The notes beneath the pieces are model-generated. The model made no database searches, was not told the DNA's origin, and was given only the letters and a program-made list of their open reading frames with translations. This document shows, piece after piece, positions 12,601 to 26,600 of a DNA stretch of 64,000 bases (position 1 is the first letter of the stretch; every line of letters starts with the position of its first letter). Origin of the DNA: Paraspadella gotoi. Lineage: Eukaryota; Animalia; Chaetognatha. Position numbers and translations under genes: made by a program. The stretch spans positions 500,264 to 564,263 of the forward strand of contig JBJCIZ010000744.1 of assembly GCA_051294375.1 (NCBI GenBank), read 5' to 3'.

Positions 12601-13387
12601 CAGAGGATTCGTCTTTGTCCGGCGTCGACGTTAATGTCTCTTCGACGTCGTCGCCTCGCCAATCCTTCGTCCTTTCCGAAGCGCACCTCGTCTCGGCAAA
12701 GTTCATCTCCAACTGCTCGTCGAAGTAATTCGTCGACGCCTCCTTCGTTCCTTCGATCTTTGGAGCTGCAAATTTAGCGTCCGAGATCTCGCTCTGTCGC
12801 CGACGATTCCATTCAAGCCAGCCGCCGATGCTCGGCAGCGGAGCCATCGCTTCGATGAGCGAGGAGGAAGGCGGCGGCCGATGCAGCGGCTCGTCGGGGA
12901 AAGGCGCGAGGGGCAGGTTTTCCGCGTCTAAACGGACCTCTATGCCCGACAGAAGTCGAGTCGTTACGTCGTCCGCGGCGTAAGGCAGTGCAAGGGCGGC
13001 GCGTTTCCGGGCGAGTCGAGCTCGTCGCGGTTCGAGGCCAAAGTCACGGAGAGTCATCGATTCTTTAAAGGAAGTCGTTTCGTCGAGAGCCGGTGGAGCG
13101 GACGACGGGATCTCGGCGACATCGGAAGCGGCGTCGTCCACCGGAACTCCATCGAAGCCGGCGCTTTCCAACTCCCTTCTCTTCGCCGAAATCCGGCGCT
13201 GTTTCTCCTCCTCCGCCTTCTTCTCCGCGAGATCTTGCTCGATGCCGAAAAAGTCGCTTTTCGGCGCCGTCTTCCGGTAGGATCGCTCATCCGGCGCCGG
13301 ACGCTGGGCGGCTAACAATCTAAGAGACGCCGCCGAGGCGCGAAAATTGGATTCCAAAGACGCCGAGGTTAAACAGCGGCGAAACAT
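9659..13387 (-). CDS. RPUSD4: Mitochondrial RluA-family RNA pseudouridine synthase (RPUSD4-like); exons ~13387-11907, 10865-10472, 10405-~10254, ~10170-9990, ~9848-9659
   Basis: Motifs DKPYG, LHRLDREVTGVLLL (catalytic Asp), GFKHQVRAHLSYGLNTPVVGDHKYS, PLQLHAK. Exon 1 splices in frame (DSKGFR|KYKDLVADL). N-terminus is Arg/Ser/Leu/Ala-rich like a presequence. Last intron appears GC-AG (CAG|gcaagg). Confidence 0.85.
11423..11629 (-). mobile_element. Solo-LTR-like element 1 (tRNA-like head plus twister-like ribozyme) in RPUSD4 intron 1
   Basis: TG...CA termini; exact 4-bp TSD taag at 11419-11422 and 11630-11633; homologous to 35762-35998. Confidence 0.75.
11450..11523 (-). ncRNA. Circularly permuted (open at P5) twister-like self-cleaving ribozyme
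   Basis: gcagtt-aa-gagg-GA-CGGG-gcgct-UAA-ccc-GCC-tgtaac..gttaca-g-cctga-UCCG-AAGC-tcagg-aactgc. T1 = UCCG/CGGG, T2 = GC/GC; P3, P4 and P5 pair. Predicted cut between 11500 and 11499. Confidence 0.7.
11640..11790 (+). mobile_element. Short non-autonomous repeat with 11-bp subterminal inverted repeats (gtcggatctgc / gcagatccgac), HINE/DINE-like
   Basis: Inverted 11-mers at 11666-11676 and 11778-11788, flanked by A-runs; same end motif occurs elsewhere in the window. Confidence 0.45.
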
Positions 13388-15201
13388 CGCCGCATCGACT
13401 GATTAATGAAGTAACAGATTTTACAATTTCGTGAGTAAGAAACCAAAGGGGAGAAAAAAAAAGAATTGCGAAGGGATATATTATGTATTTAATTTTAAAC
13501 GAAAGTGGCCAGTCACTTTTAAACAGCTTTTGAACCCTAATTCCCTCTTACAATTGATTTCAAATCCTCTTGACTAAACGATTATCCTTGTCAGTTGATG
13601 CGATGAAAGACCAATACAGATAAATCGTGGAACGGAAGTCATCAAGTTAAGTCCTCGACGTCTTTTGGTCTTCTCATCACACCCCAAAAACTCTCTCATC
13701 GGGTAAAAAATTAAATGTTCAAGTTTAATTTTAAACAAAATCGATAGTTTTCTCTACAAATCTGACCGATTCCCGGAGGGACCTAAACGGGGGGCGTTCG
13801 ACGATAATAATTTAATTATGAAAAATAAAACTTGAAACAAATTTATAAAACCAAAAAAGTTTCCTGAGTACTTTTAAATGCGACCGATATATATGTAGAT
13901 AAAAGTTAAGAGTTATATAGCATTCGACCAGAGATGTATATTTTAATTACTTAATTCTCTTCGTAAATTCTATGAATGAACAAAATTCAAAATTGCGAAA
14001 TGAAATTACTAGTAGCAGCAATGCTGTCCAATGTCTATTTCTACGGGTAGACACAATGAGAGAGTCGAAAAAGAAAAAGAGCATAAACTGATAAAAGATT
14101 TAAAAAAAAAGGAATTTCTGAAAAAAAAAAATATACATCCCTGAAAGAGTGAAAGTAACGAAAAATCTTGTCGACTGTAATGCAAAATTAGTCAGTTTTC
14201 TGTCAGGTTTCTTAGTTATTAAAAAGGCAAATGTGATGAAGTGCAAAATCGTTAGAGGACAACGAGAATTCCTCCTTTCTAATAATAATAATAATAATAA
14301 TAATCATAATAATAATCATAATGTACGAGGAAGAGAGAAATAAAAAAAAGTATACGGCACCTCGGTAGGATTTTAAATGTTTTTGCTTTTACGCTGGATT
14401 TAGCCTAAATTTAATATGAAAATATCCTCTCGCTGTCGCTTTAAAATTACAAATAATGCTTAAAACTTTACCAAATACTTCTATATGGACTAAAGTTCTT
14501 TCTATAACTCTTTGCCTCGATACGAATATATCAATATACAATTATACATGATATACATGATAACAAAGTCCGGGCTTGACTTCGGCTTTTCATTATTGTC
14601 TCTAGCTTTCTGTCATTTGTTAATTTTCATTTTCTCCATTCTATCTCTAAAATCTAAATTTGTGTGAACGGAGGAAAAATGGTTGGTTCGTTGTGTCTAA
14701 AAAACGTACAAAAAATGTGGAAAGTTACAATCTAGATTTAAAAATTCGATTGCATAAGTATTTTCTACTTTATTAATGATAGTGGATGTATTTAATACGG
14801 CAGAAAATTCTGTTGAGCTCCCAATATTAGTTTATTAAAAGCAACAAAAAAAAAAACGATTGCATTGCAAAAAGATTCATGAGAAGAAAAAGGAGGAACC
14901 CAAAATTTTTTTAAAAAAAATCAATTCATGCAATTTTAACTTAAATACATCGATGAATAAGAAAAAAACGCAGGATTTAACAAAAAAATGTTTAATATCC
15001 GATGGAAGAGATAGAGAGATCAACAATTTGGGCAATTCGAAGGTAAGTTGCAGGGTGTGTGTGTCTGCAAAATCTCGTGGTGGGTGTCCATGTCCAAAAA
15101 ATTTTTGTTTCGTCCTCTTCGCTTTGCTTTGCTTCGCTTTTATCACGATCTACCCCCCCCTCCAGGGGGCGGGAGAGCGCGAGGGGAGATACAGAGCCAT
15201 C

Positions 15202-16448
15202 TCACTTTCTGGCGTCATTGAGACCTTGATAATAGCCCGTATGATAACCGCTCATGTACCACGAGATGAGCATGGCGTGAAGGGCGTCGGCGTCGGGTCC
15301 GCCGCCGCCGGAGCCCAGAGGCGGCGGCGGCGGCGGCGGCATCGCGGAAGGCGAAAAGGAGGCGGTACCGTTGGTGCCGGGGAAAGGAAAACTTCCAGGT
15401 GGAAATCTGAGAGAAGGGAAAAAACAATTTTAACCGGAAATTGTTCAGCCAAGAAAAGTCGGGTAAAAAAAACTAGATGTAAAATATTTAGGAGAAAAAC
15501 AAATGTTTGCTTCCAATAGGCATGTTATTCTACGTTATTTTTTTCTTTCTTCCTCTCTTTTTTATTTCTACTTAGTCAACTCTATCTTTCTTTCTATCAT
15601 AATTATTATTTCTTTCTTCATCATTTTTTTTTCTTTCTTACGGGAGCGCGAAGTTGTGCGAGAACCCGGGAGGGATATTTTGAGACTTGGACTTGTTCCT
15701 GCCGCGCTTTTCCTTCTTTCCGCGACCGCCGCCCGGCTTGGGGGCGGGTGGCGCGGCGTCTTCGTCCTCGTCGTCCCGAGGCGCCAAAGGGACGGACTGC
15801 GATGAGTTTTTGGCGCCGGAGCGACGGCCGCGGCGATGGCGCCCCTGGCCACGCCCACGCCGGGCGCCGCCGCGGGCGCGGAGACGGGATTCCGAGGCGT
15901 CACCGACGGATGAGGAGTCCACGTCCTCGGTTCCGTCGAGGACCGTCTCTTCTTCGTAATCTGGAATAAATGAGTAACAATAATACATTTCAGTAAAAGT
16001 ATTATTAATACTATTATTATTCATAAATGACAAAGATGAACATCATCACTGGAGCTGATGAAACCTGACGTATTAACGAGAGCGATTCGTGCGGTTGCGT
16101 TAACGTTAAACGCTCATCATCTACCTAGAAAAGTTGACTCGCCCTCTTCAAAACTTGACTCACCCTCTTCCGAGTAGGTCTCGCTCTGCGTCGTTTCCCC
16201 TTTCGTTCGTCTTCTTTCGCTTCGATTCGACTTTTTCTTCGTCTCAGTTTCGGCGTCGTCTTCGTACGGAAGGAGGTCGTCGATGTTCTGTTCCTCCTCG
16301 TTGCCGTAACCTACGTTTTGATTGATTGATTGATTGGATTCGATTTCATTGGTATACAGATATAAATTTAAATTATCTATTGATAATTCGTATTTACTAT
16401 TAAACAAAAACGACACATTCACAATCTCCCGAACAAAATCTCGCGCCC

Positions 16449-16497
<49 letters not shown>

Positions 16498-17548
16498 ATA
16501 TAACGGACGACGCAAGTGAAGTTGTCCGCGTCGATTGATTTGATGACGGCGTTGTAAAGAAGTCCGTCTTCCGTGAAATAGGCGACGCACTTGTTGCCCA
16601 CTTTCCACCCATTGACGGCCTTATTTTTGCTGCGCCGCCGCGTACGGCGGCCGCGTTTCTGCGCCTCGCCGCTGTCGTCTCCCTCGTCCGCTTTGGCGTC
16701 GTCAGGGTGGGTCCCGGCGGCGTCGCTCTTTGGCTTGTTGCGGCTCGATGATTTGGGAAGATCCGATTGTGGCTCCTCATCGCCGGAACTGAAGAAATGC
16801 GATTGATTGACAAATTTTCGGCTCGTTCTAAGCCGGAAATAATTATATTTTTATCTCTCAACAGACTTAATATTATCTTTGTACTCTCCTACTTGTCATC
16901 TTCGCGTAAAAAATAAATGAATAAATAAATAATAAATATATTAAATAATAAATAAATAAATGAACTTCGTCTCTTTAATAACTGCCACAGTAGCAAATTA
17001 ATTTGTGAATTGTCTGAAATGAGTTCCTCAATCTCATTTGCATATTGTCGTATTCTGATTAAGCTTTTATAATTTTTTATTCTATTACCTTGAAGGTTTA
17101 ATATTATTATTTTACATTAGTAAATGATCATGTTTATTTGTGGTTCAATTAATAGCTATCAATATCAATCAATTAATAATTCAAAATATTTTATTCTTTA
17201 CAAATTTCGGCCTGAAGATTTAAAATCTTAACGTAAAAGATTTCATTCTTCTTCCCATCTTATCTCATTCAATCACCACGTTATTTTACTCATTCTCCTA
17301 TTTTTCTTTCACCTCGTCAAAATTCCAAGCTCATTCAATCTTTCACTAACCGCTTGACGATTTCGTCCTTCATGAGGTTAATGGCGTTGTCGTAAGCTTT
17401 GATCAGCTCGGTGTCGTCCCACAGTTGTTCGTCGTCGTCGCCGTCTCGCGAGCGCGAAAACACAATGTCCCCTTCAATCAAGATTCAATTTTATTCAACA
17501 CAAAATTAACAGAAAATTCGAATCAAACCACCTACCTATAGAGGCCAT
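15202..17548 (-). CDS. SMN: Survival motor neuron protein (multi-exon)
   Basis: Gemin2-binding LWDDTELIKAYDNAI; Tudor domain WKVGNKCVAYFTEDGLLYNAVIKSID..CVVRYI|GYGNEEEQ; poly-Pro; YG box MLISWYMSGYHTGYYQG. Confidence 0.95.
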
Positions 17549-17819
17549 TCCACAATTGTGGTTACAACATTTAAATCTGTATAACAAAGATAAAAGAAAT
17601 ACGTAAACCCCGATGAAAAATGACAGAAAATAAATGAACGTCCGATAAAAAAAAAAAAAAAAGCAGCTATAAACCACTGCAAAAAAAAGCACGATATATC
17701 TCAATCACATAAAATCTAAAAATGACTATATAAATCCGTTCGCAATGTCACTTAGTCTAATGCCACCTAATCACAATCACAGATAATAAAAAGTCATTCG
17801 CTTTTGTTTTTTATTTTCT

Positions 17820-20430
<2,611 letters not shown>

Positions 20431-20626
20431 TTTCTTCTTTTAAATATCACCACAACGCAATTAAGGGCTTCTTGAGAAGGCGAAAGAAAAAAAAAAAGAT
20501 TTCAACGAGAGTAAAAAGGGAAAAAAAATTGTAAAAAGTGTCAACGAATATAAAAATCTGATCACAAAATGAAATCACAGAAATCACGGTTCCTCGGAAA
20601 TAGTTTTGATTTGTTTGTTGTTCAAC

Positions 20627-23600
20627 TCAGACGTGCGACTCCCATCCGATCCAAAGTCTCCCGACGACATCGACGTCGAGGGCGAGATCGACGAGGCACT
20701 TGACTTGATCCTCGACGGAGACGACGTCGTCTTCGCCGCCGCAGATTTTGGCGCGGACGCCGCGAGGATCTCCGGCCGCGAGGCGCGCCCACTCCGCGCG
20801 GCCCTTGGGCTGATGTCTGGCGGCGATTTCGTCGCGCAGTACCGACACGGGATGCTCGCCTCTGAGCTTTCGCCGCAGAGTCTTTAACTTTTCGCGGGGA
20901 AAAAATCGGATGCGCTCGGTGGGATCGGCGGAGGAGTCGGAAGCGGTGGAGACGGCGGAGGCCTGAAGCAGACGCTCGGCTTGGGTCTGCCAATCCGTCG
21001 AAGGTTCGTTGACGAAGGCTTCGGCGACGGCGGCGACGAGGGTGGCGTGAGAACGCCAGGCGGCGAGGAACGACGCCATCCTTGCGGCGAGGGGACTCGG
21101 GGCGCCGGGCGTCACCTCGTGGGGAAGAAAGACGTTGCGCAGCTGGCGGGTGAGTCTGAAGGGGACGAGCTCGGGGGTGGAGAGTAACTGGATGCTAAGA
21201 CCGAAAGAATAGCCGAAGTCGATGCCGATCAGTGTCCCTTCAGGATAAAGATTTATAAATGTTCAGGATAAAGAATTATAAATGTTTCTAAGGATAAGAA
21301 GCATTTATAAATGTTATGGATAAGAAGGATTTATAAATGTTCACTTTGTTCAGGATAAGAAGGATTTATAAATGTTTTTAAAATTATGATTTCTAATTAA
21401 TTTCCGACTCACCGTTTTCCTTGTCGACGAGCACGTTGCTGAGATGACGATCTCCGATGCCGAGGACGTAGTGTGCGACGGAGAGGGCGGCCAACGACTC
21501 TTTCCATCTCGACTGAAGGTGGACGAAGGCTTCGGGCGACGTCGTCATCGTCTCCAATCCGCGGCGAAGGAGATTCCATGGGATCGAGGCTTCGCTGCGT
21601 CGCTGAATCTCCGCCACCTGGAGGCATATTCATTTAGACATAATATGTACAACTCCAACCCACCAAAAAACAAAATGGGCAATTTGGATAACCTATTAAA
21701 CACAAAATTTTGAAGGATTTCTAAATAACGCTTATAAAAGAAAACCAATTAGGCCGCTACAAACACCAGTACCTCAGCAGCTGGCAGGGCCCAGATGCGA
21801 CCGAAGGCGGCACCGGCTTCCTGTTGCTTGCAGACGCCGTCCTTCTTAATTTTTCGGGCCTCGTCGAGAAACTTTCGTTCTGGTTTAAAGTTTTCCTTGG
21901 CGACCCTTTCGAGAAAACTCTTGAGGGTCTCCGTCTTGGCGATCCACTCAATGAGCCCCGAATGGGGCGTCAAGGGGATAACCTTGAAGGTCCTGACTCC
22001 AGAAGATGTCTTTAGGAAAGATTCCTGAATGAAATCGGGGTGAGAAGTTAAGATTCGTCATTTGTTTGAATAGCAAAATAACTAATAAATTGCCTCGTTT
22101 CTGCAAAACACTGAACGAAGAAACAACTAGTGAAGAAAAGAAACAAAAAACGAAAAAAAAGAAAAAGAGGAAAAAATAGAAAAACGATAAGATTGATCGC
22201 GTTATCGTTGGCAAACGTTTTCTCGAAACCGATTGTAAAGATACACAATTAATTAATTAATTAATTAATTATGAAGACGATGTTATAAAAGCGAGAGCAT
22301 CGATCGTCGATCACCAACCACCAACAATTAGAAACATTATTAAAACAGATCATAGGGAAATTAAAAATTGCTTTCTAAAAATCTTCAATAACCCAAAAAA
22401 TTAAAAATTATTTTTTTTTAAATATTTTTTTATCAATGGCGAATAGCAAAAAGTTTCAAGAAATAAGAAAGATGTTTGAAAAATTAGGTTCAAGGCCAAA
22501 CCAGAAAAGTAAGTATCCTTGGTAACGATTGAGTCAATTGAACATTAAGAAAAAATATTTTAATGACGTTTTAATGTTAATGTGGACAAAAGCGCGGATC
22601 GACGCACCTTTAAGCGTCCACCATGGAAGGCACCCCGAATCAAACCGGCAACGAAATATCAAGGATCGAGACGCGACGAACGTCTCCAGATCGTCTCCAC
22701 GCCCACCGCCGATCGAGGGGCGCGTGCCGACCATCGGCGAGACCGAAGTCCTCATCCTCGACGAGATGATGAGGAAGAGCGCCGTGGGCCGGACTCTTGA
22801 TTTCGACCCCGTCGCCTGGGAGACTCCGAGACACCCTCGCCCGGAAAGGCCGAGCAAGATGCGGGAGATCCTCGAGGATTTCTTGAAGGAAGACGCGAAG
22901 GGTGGAGCGGAGTCGGCCAAGAAGTTCGAGACGACGACGGAGATCGAGGGAGTCAGGGAAGAGGTCGTCGTTAGGAGGAGGAGGGAGAAGTTGAAGAAGG
23001 CGACGAAGGAAAAAGATTGGAGCGAAAATGAAGAGAAGTTCAAAGGGAAGAATAATATTATATTAATTATTATATTATTATTATATTAATTACTCCAACG
23101 ATTTTTCGTCAAGGGAGTAACATTTTAATCTCTTTTTTTATCAAAAGGCGGGCGATACATGGTGGAGACTGTGCCTTTCAATCCGATGGAGACGAAAAAA
23201 GAGTTGGAACCTCGTCCGCGTTCCAAAATTAGAGAAGAAAAGTTACCAACCAACGGAAAGACGGAACCCTTATTCAAAGTAGGGATATTAATGGCGATTA
23301 TTGGCCGATTCGACAATGCTGAGTAGAGTCCAATACAATTCAGAGAGACAAATCGTCAAATCTACCCGCCATCGACGCTTCGTGGCCGACGACTAAGGAA
23401 GCAAAAACGTCTTCTCATTTAGGTAAGGCAATGTGACACTTGCTCTTTTGTCCTAAATTGGAATCGTAAGGATTTTCCTCAGCGAAGGGAGACGAGCGGC
23501 ATCGATTTCCACCCATGGATCAAGGACTCGATCGAGTCCCCTCTTTAGAACGAGACCAAGAATACAATCAACTCCTTCTATTTTGGCTGAATGAGTCGAG

Positions 23601-26600
23601 ACCAAATGTTAGTCGAGGATCGTCGCGTCCGACGGTCAAATATGTTGGTAGGGAATATCTCTCGCGAATTAGCGAGTAAAAGGTTGATTAATTAATTGAT
23701 TAATACGTATAAATAATTATTAATAAAATGACAGATTACTACAACGAAGGCGGTTATGAGTCTCCCTGCGCGATCGGTTTGAGTGAATTCACGGACAATC
23801 GAGAAGATCGTAAACCTTTCAAAAAAGTCAAGAAATCAAAAATGACTTGACGTTGTATGTACATTGTAACCTAAATAAATAAATAAATAAATTTAATAAA
23901 ATTAAAGAAATTTGAGTAAAGAGTTTGTTTAAAAAAATAACTAAAACAGTAATGTTTTCTAGGTCTTCAACTAAAAATAGAACAGATATGTCAATGCAAT
24001 TTGACTAATAGAAAAGATTACGCTTTGGCTCCCCTCCCCAATCCGCCAAAGTTTTGAAATGTTCACATTCTAGAGTAAACTCACCTCGCCGACGACGGCG
24101 TTCATGACGCCGAGAATCGACTGGACGCGAGCGTCGACGCGTATGTCGTCCCCGGCGCCGCCTTTTAGCAGAAAATCTCGTTCGACGGCGTCGTCGCCGA
24201 CGATGCGAAGGCGACGAGGGCGCTCCTTGGATTGGAGAGATCGGAAGTCGGCGTCGAAGCAGGAGACGCGCGCGTGGCGGAGGGGATCGGGTTTGGAGAA
24301 GGACGTGTATTGGCCGGGGATCTCGAGCTCAATTCCTGGAGGATGAGATTTAAACCAAAGACGATAATAAAGAGACGACAGAGTAAAGGGTGGAAAACAT
24401 TGGAAATAAAAAAAAAAGAGAAAAAGAGGTTCCGAGGTAAGTTAAAACCTTACCCGTCGACGCTGCGTCGAACTCGGCCAACCAAGGCGCCCAGTCCATC
24501 AACTTCATGCTGGTCGGCCCCCGGACCGAAGGCGGCACCTTAAGTTGCTCCAACAAACTGGCGCCGACTCGAAGGAGTTTGCTTCCGTCGGCGATGCAAA
24601 TCTAAAACGAAAATGAATACGTTTGTTGGTTGATTAGATAAATACTAAATAAATAAATACTAAATAAATAAATACTAAATAGAATTCACGTTCGTTTTCA
24701 CGATCAACCTCACAAGCGGGATAATCCCGTTTAAAAGGGGTTCTGACTCCGAGTAAATGCCGCTTACTATGAACTGGGTCACAGGAAACAGAGTTCAAGC
24801 TTTAACGAGTAAAATACTTCTTGCCATGAAACCCAAGATAAACTTGAGTCTCTTTAAATCTTGAGAATAAAAACCATTGGTTTTACTTTTTGGTTCCTCT
24901 TCCTAGACTCGCGGGCCCCGACTTTTCATATCTAAAGAAAATTTCGTCATAACTAAAATCACATAAAAGAATATAAATAAAAAATTAGGCATATAAAAAA
25001 TGTCATGTAATAAAAAATGTAAATATGATTTCAGCTTCTTCCTCTCAACACAATTGCCGGTTTTTTCCCCATCAATGAAAATTCCCCTTCCTCCCTAAGT
25101 TAAACACAAATTCCGCTTCCCATTCTCTATTCGACTTTCCGCTTCTTCCCCTCAACGCAATTTCCGCTTCTTCGCCTTCTCTTTCCCGTTGACGACCTTC
25201 TCCACTCCGTCGACCGTGTGCGAGAGGACGCGCCCATTCCGCTCCACGACGACTTCCGTTCGTCCGTTGTGAACCGTCCTCGTCTTCCTGTTGGACGAGG
25301 TCGTCGTCTTGGTCGTCGTCGTCGTCTTCGTTTTCCCCTCCTCGTCCGACGATTTTATCGTCGTCGTCTGAATGGTGACGATGCCGCCGCCGGCATCACG
25401 GCCGCCGGTGGCGGTGGTGATGTTCATGCTGAAGTTGACGCTGGATCCGAAATCGCCAAAAAACTGACGGAACAACTGGTCGGGATTGGTGAAGCGGAAA
25501 GTTCGGAACTGAGAACCGGGACGCGCGGATTGGAGCGACTGGCCGCGGCCCAAACAATCGTAGTGCTCTCTTCGATCCGGGTCGGAGAGAACTTCGTAAG
25601 CCTCGGCAACCTTCTTAAAGACCTCTTGGGCTCTCTGCTCGTTGTCTGGGTTCTTATCCGGATGCCATTTGAGCGCGGCTTGTCTGTAGGCCTTTCGGAT
25701 TTCCTCTTGGTCCGCCGATTTGCGGACTCCCAAAATTTCATAGTAGTCGTCGCTTTCCACGTTTGACGACATTTTTAAGGCTGAAGACTTCCTGGTTACG
25801 TCTTGTCACGTTTACATTAGATATTCAAAAATAACGTGAAAATGTCGCTCACCGGTTTTAATCATTTTTTTCTCAATGTTAAAAAAATAAACAATCCTAC
25901 GCGTTTTAAAAGCAATAAAAGTACATATATTTTTGTCACCGTTTTGCATTTTCAATAAATGAAGATTAAATATTCTGACTATACTATGACTCGATGAAAT
26001 ACATTGACTATGCATGTATGAACATCGAAAGTTAACACTGCGAAAGCGATTTACTCCAATTTTCCCAAAAAAAACATTTTTTTGGGCATACATACATAAG
26101 TCGCGTTGTTCCTTTCACATTTGGCAAAATATGATTTGAGGTCAACGTTAAAACGACAATGGCGTCCTTAAGCTTACCTTAAGCTTACCCTCCTCCACAA
26201 AAAACTCACCTCCTCGATCTTGTTGAGGATCCAGTCGACGATCCTCTTCCTCCCCCTTCCAATCCTCCTCCCTATCGGCTCCAGTTTCTCCTTCAACTCG
26301 TCCAAAGATCTTCGAAATCTCCCCTCGTCCATCTCCTTCTTCGCCATCGCCGTCCTCGTCTCCGCCACCCACTTCTCCAGCGCCACCTCGGGATCGAAGA
26401 GCAATTCCAAATTGGAGATCATCGCCTCCACGACGGGCAGCTTGGCATCGAGTTCGGCGACGAGGGCGGCGATGTCTGGCGCGAGATCTTTCGACGCCGA
26501 ACCCGCGAAGACTTTGAGCGGGTAGACGACGGCGAAAGGGTAGTCGGCCGCGGCGCGTCGCAACAGCTCGATGACGACCGGCGCCGCGGGGGTGTTGAGA

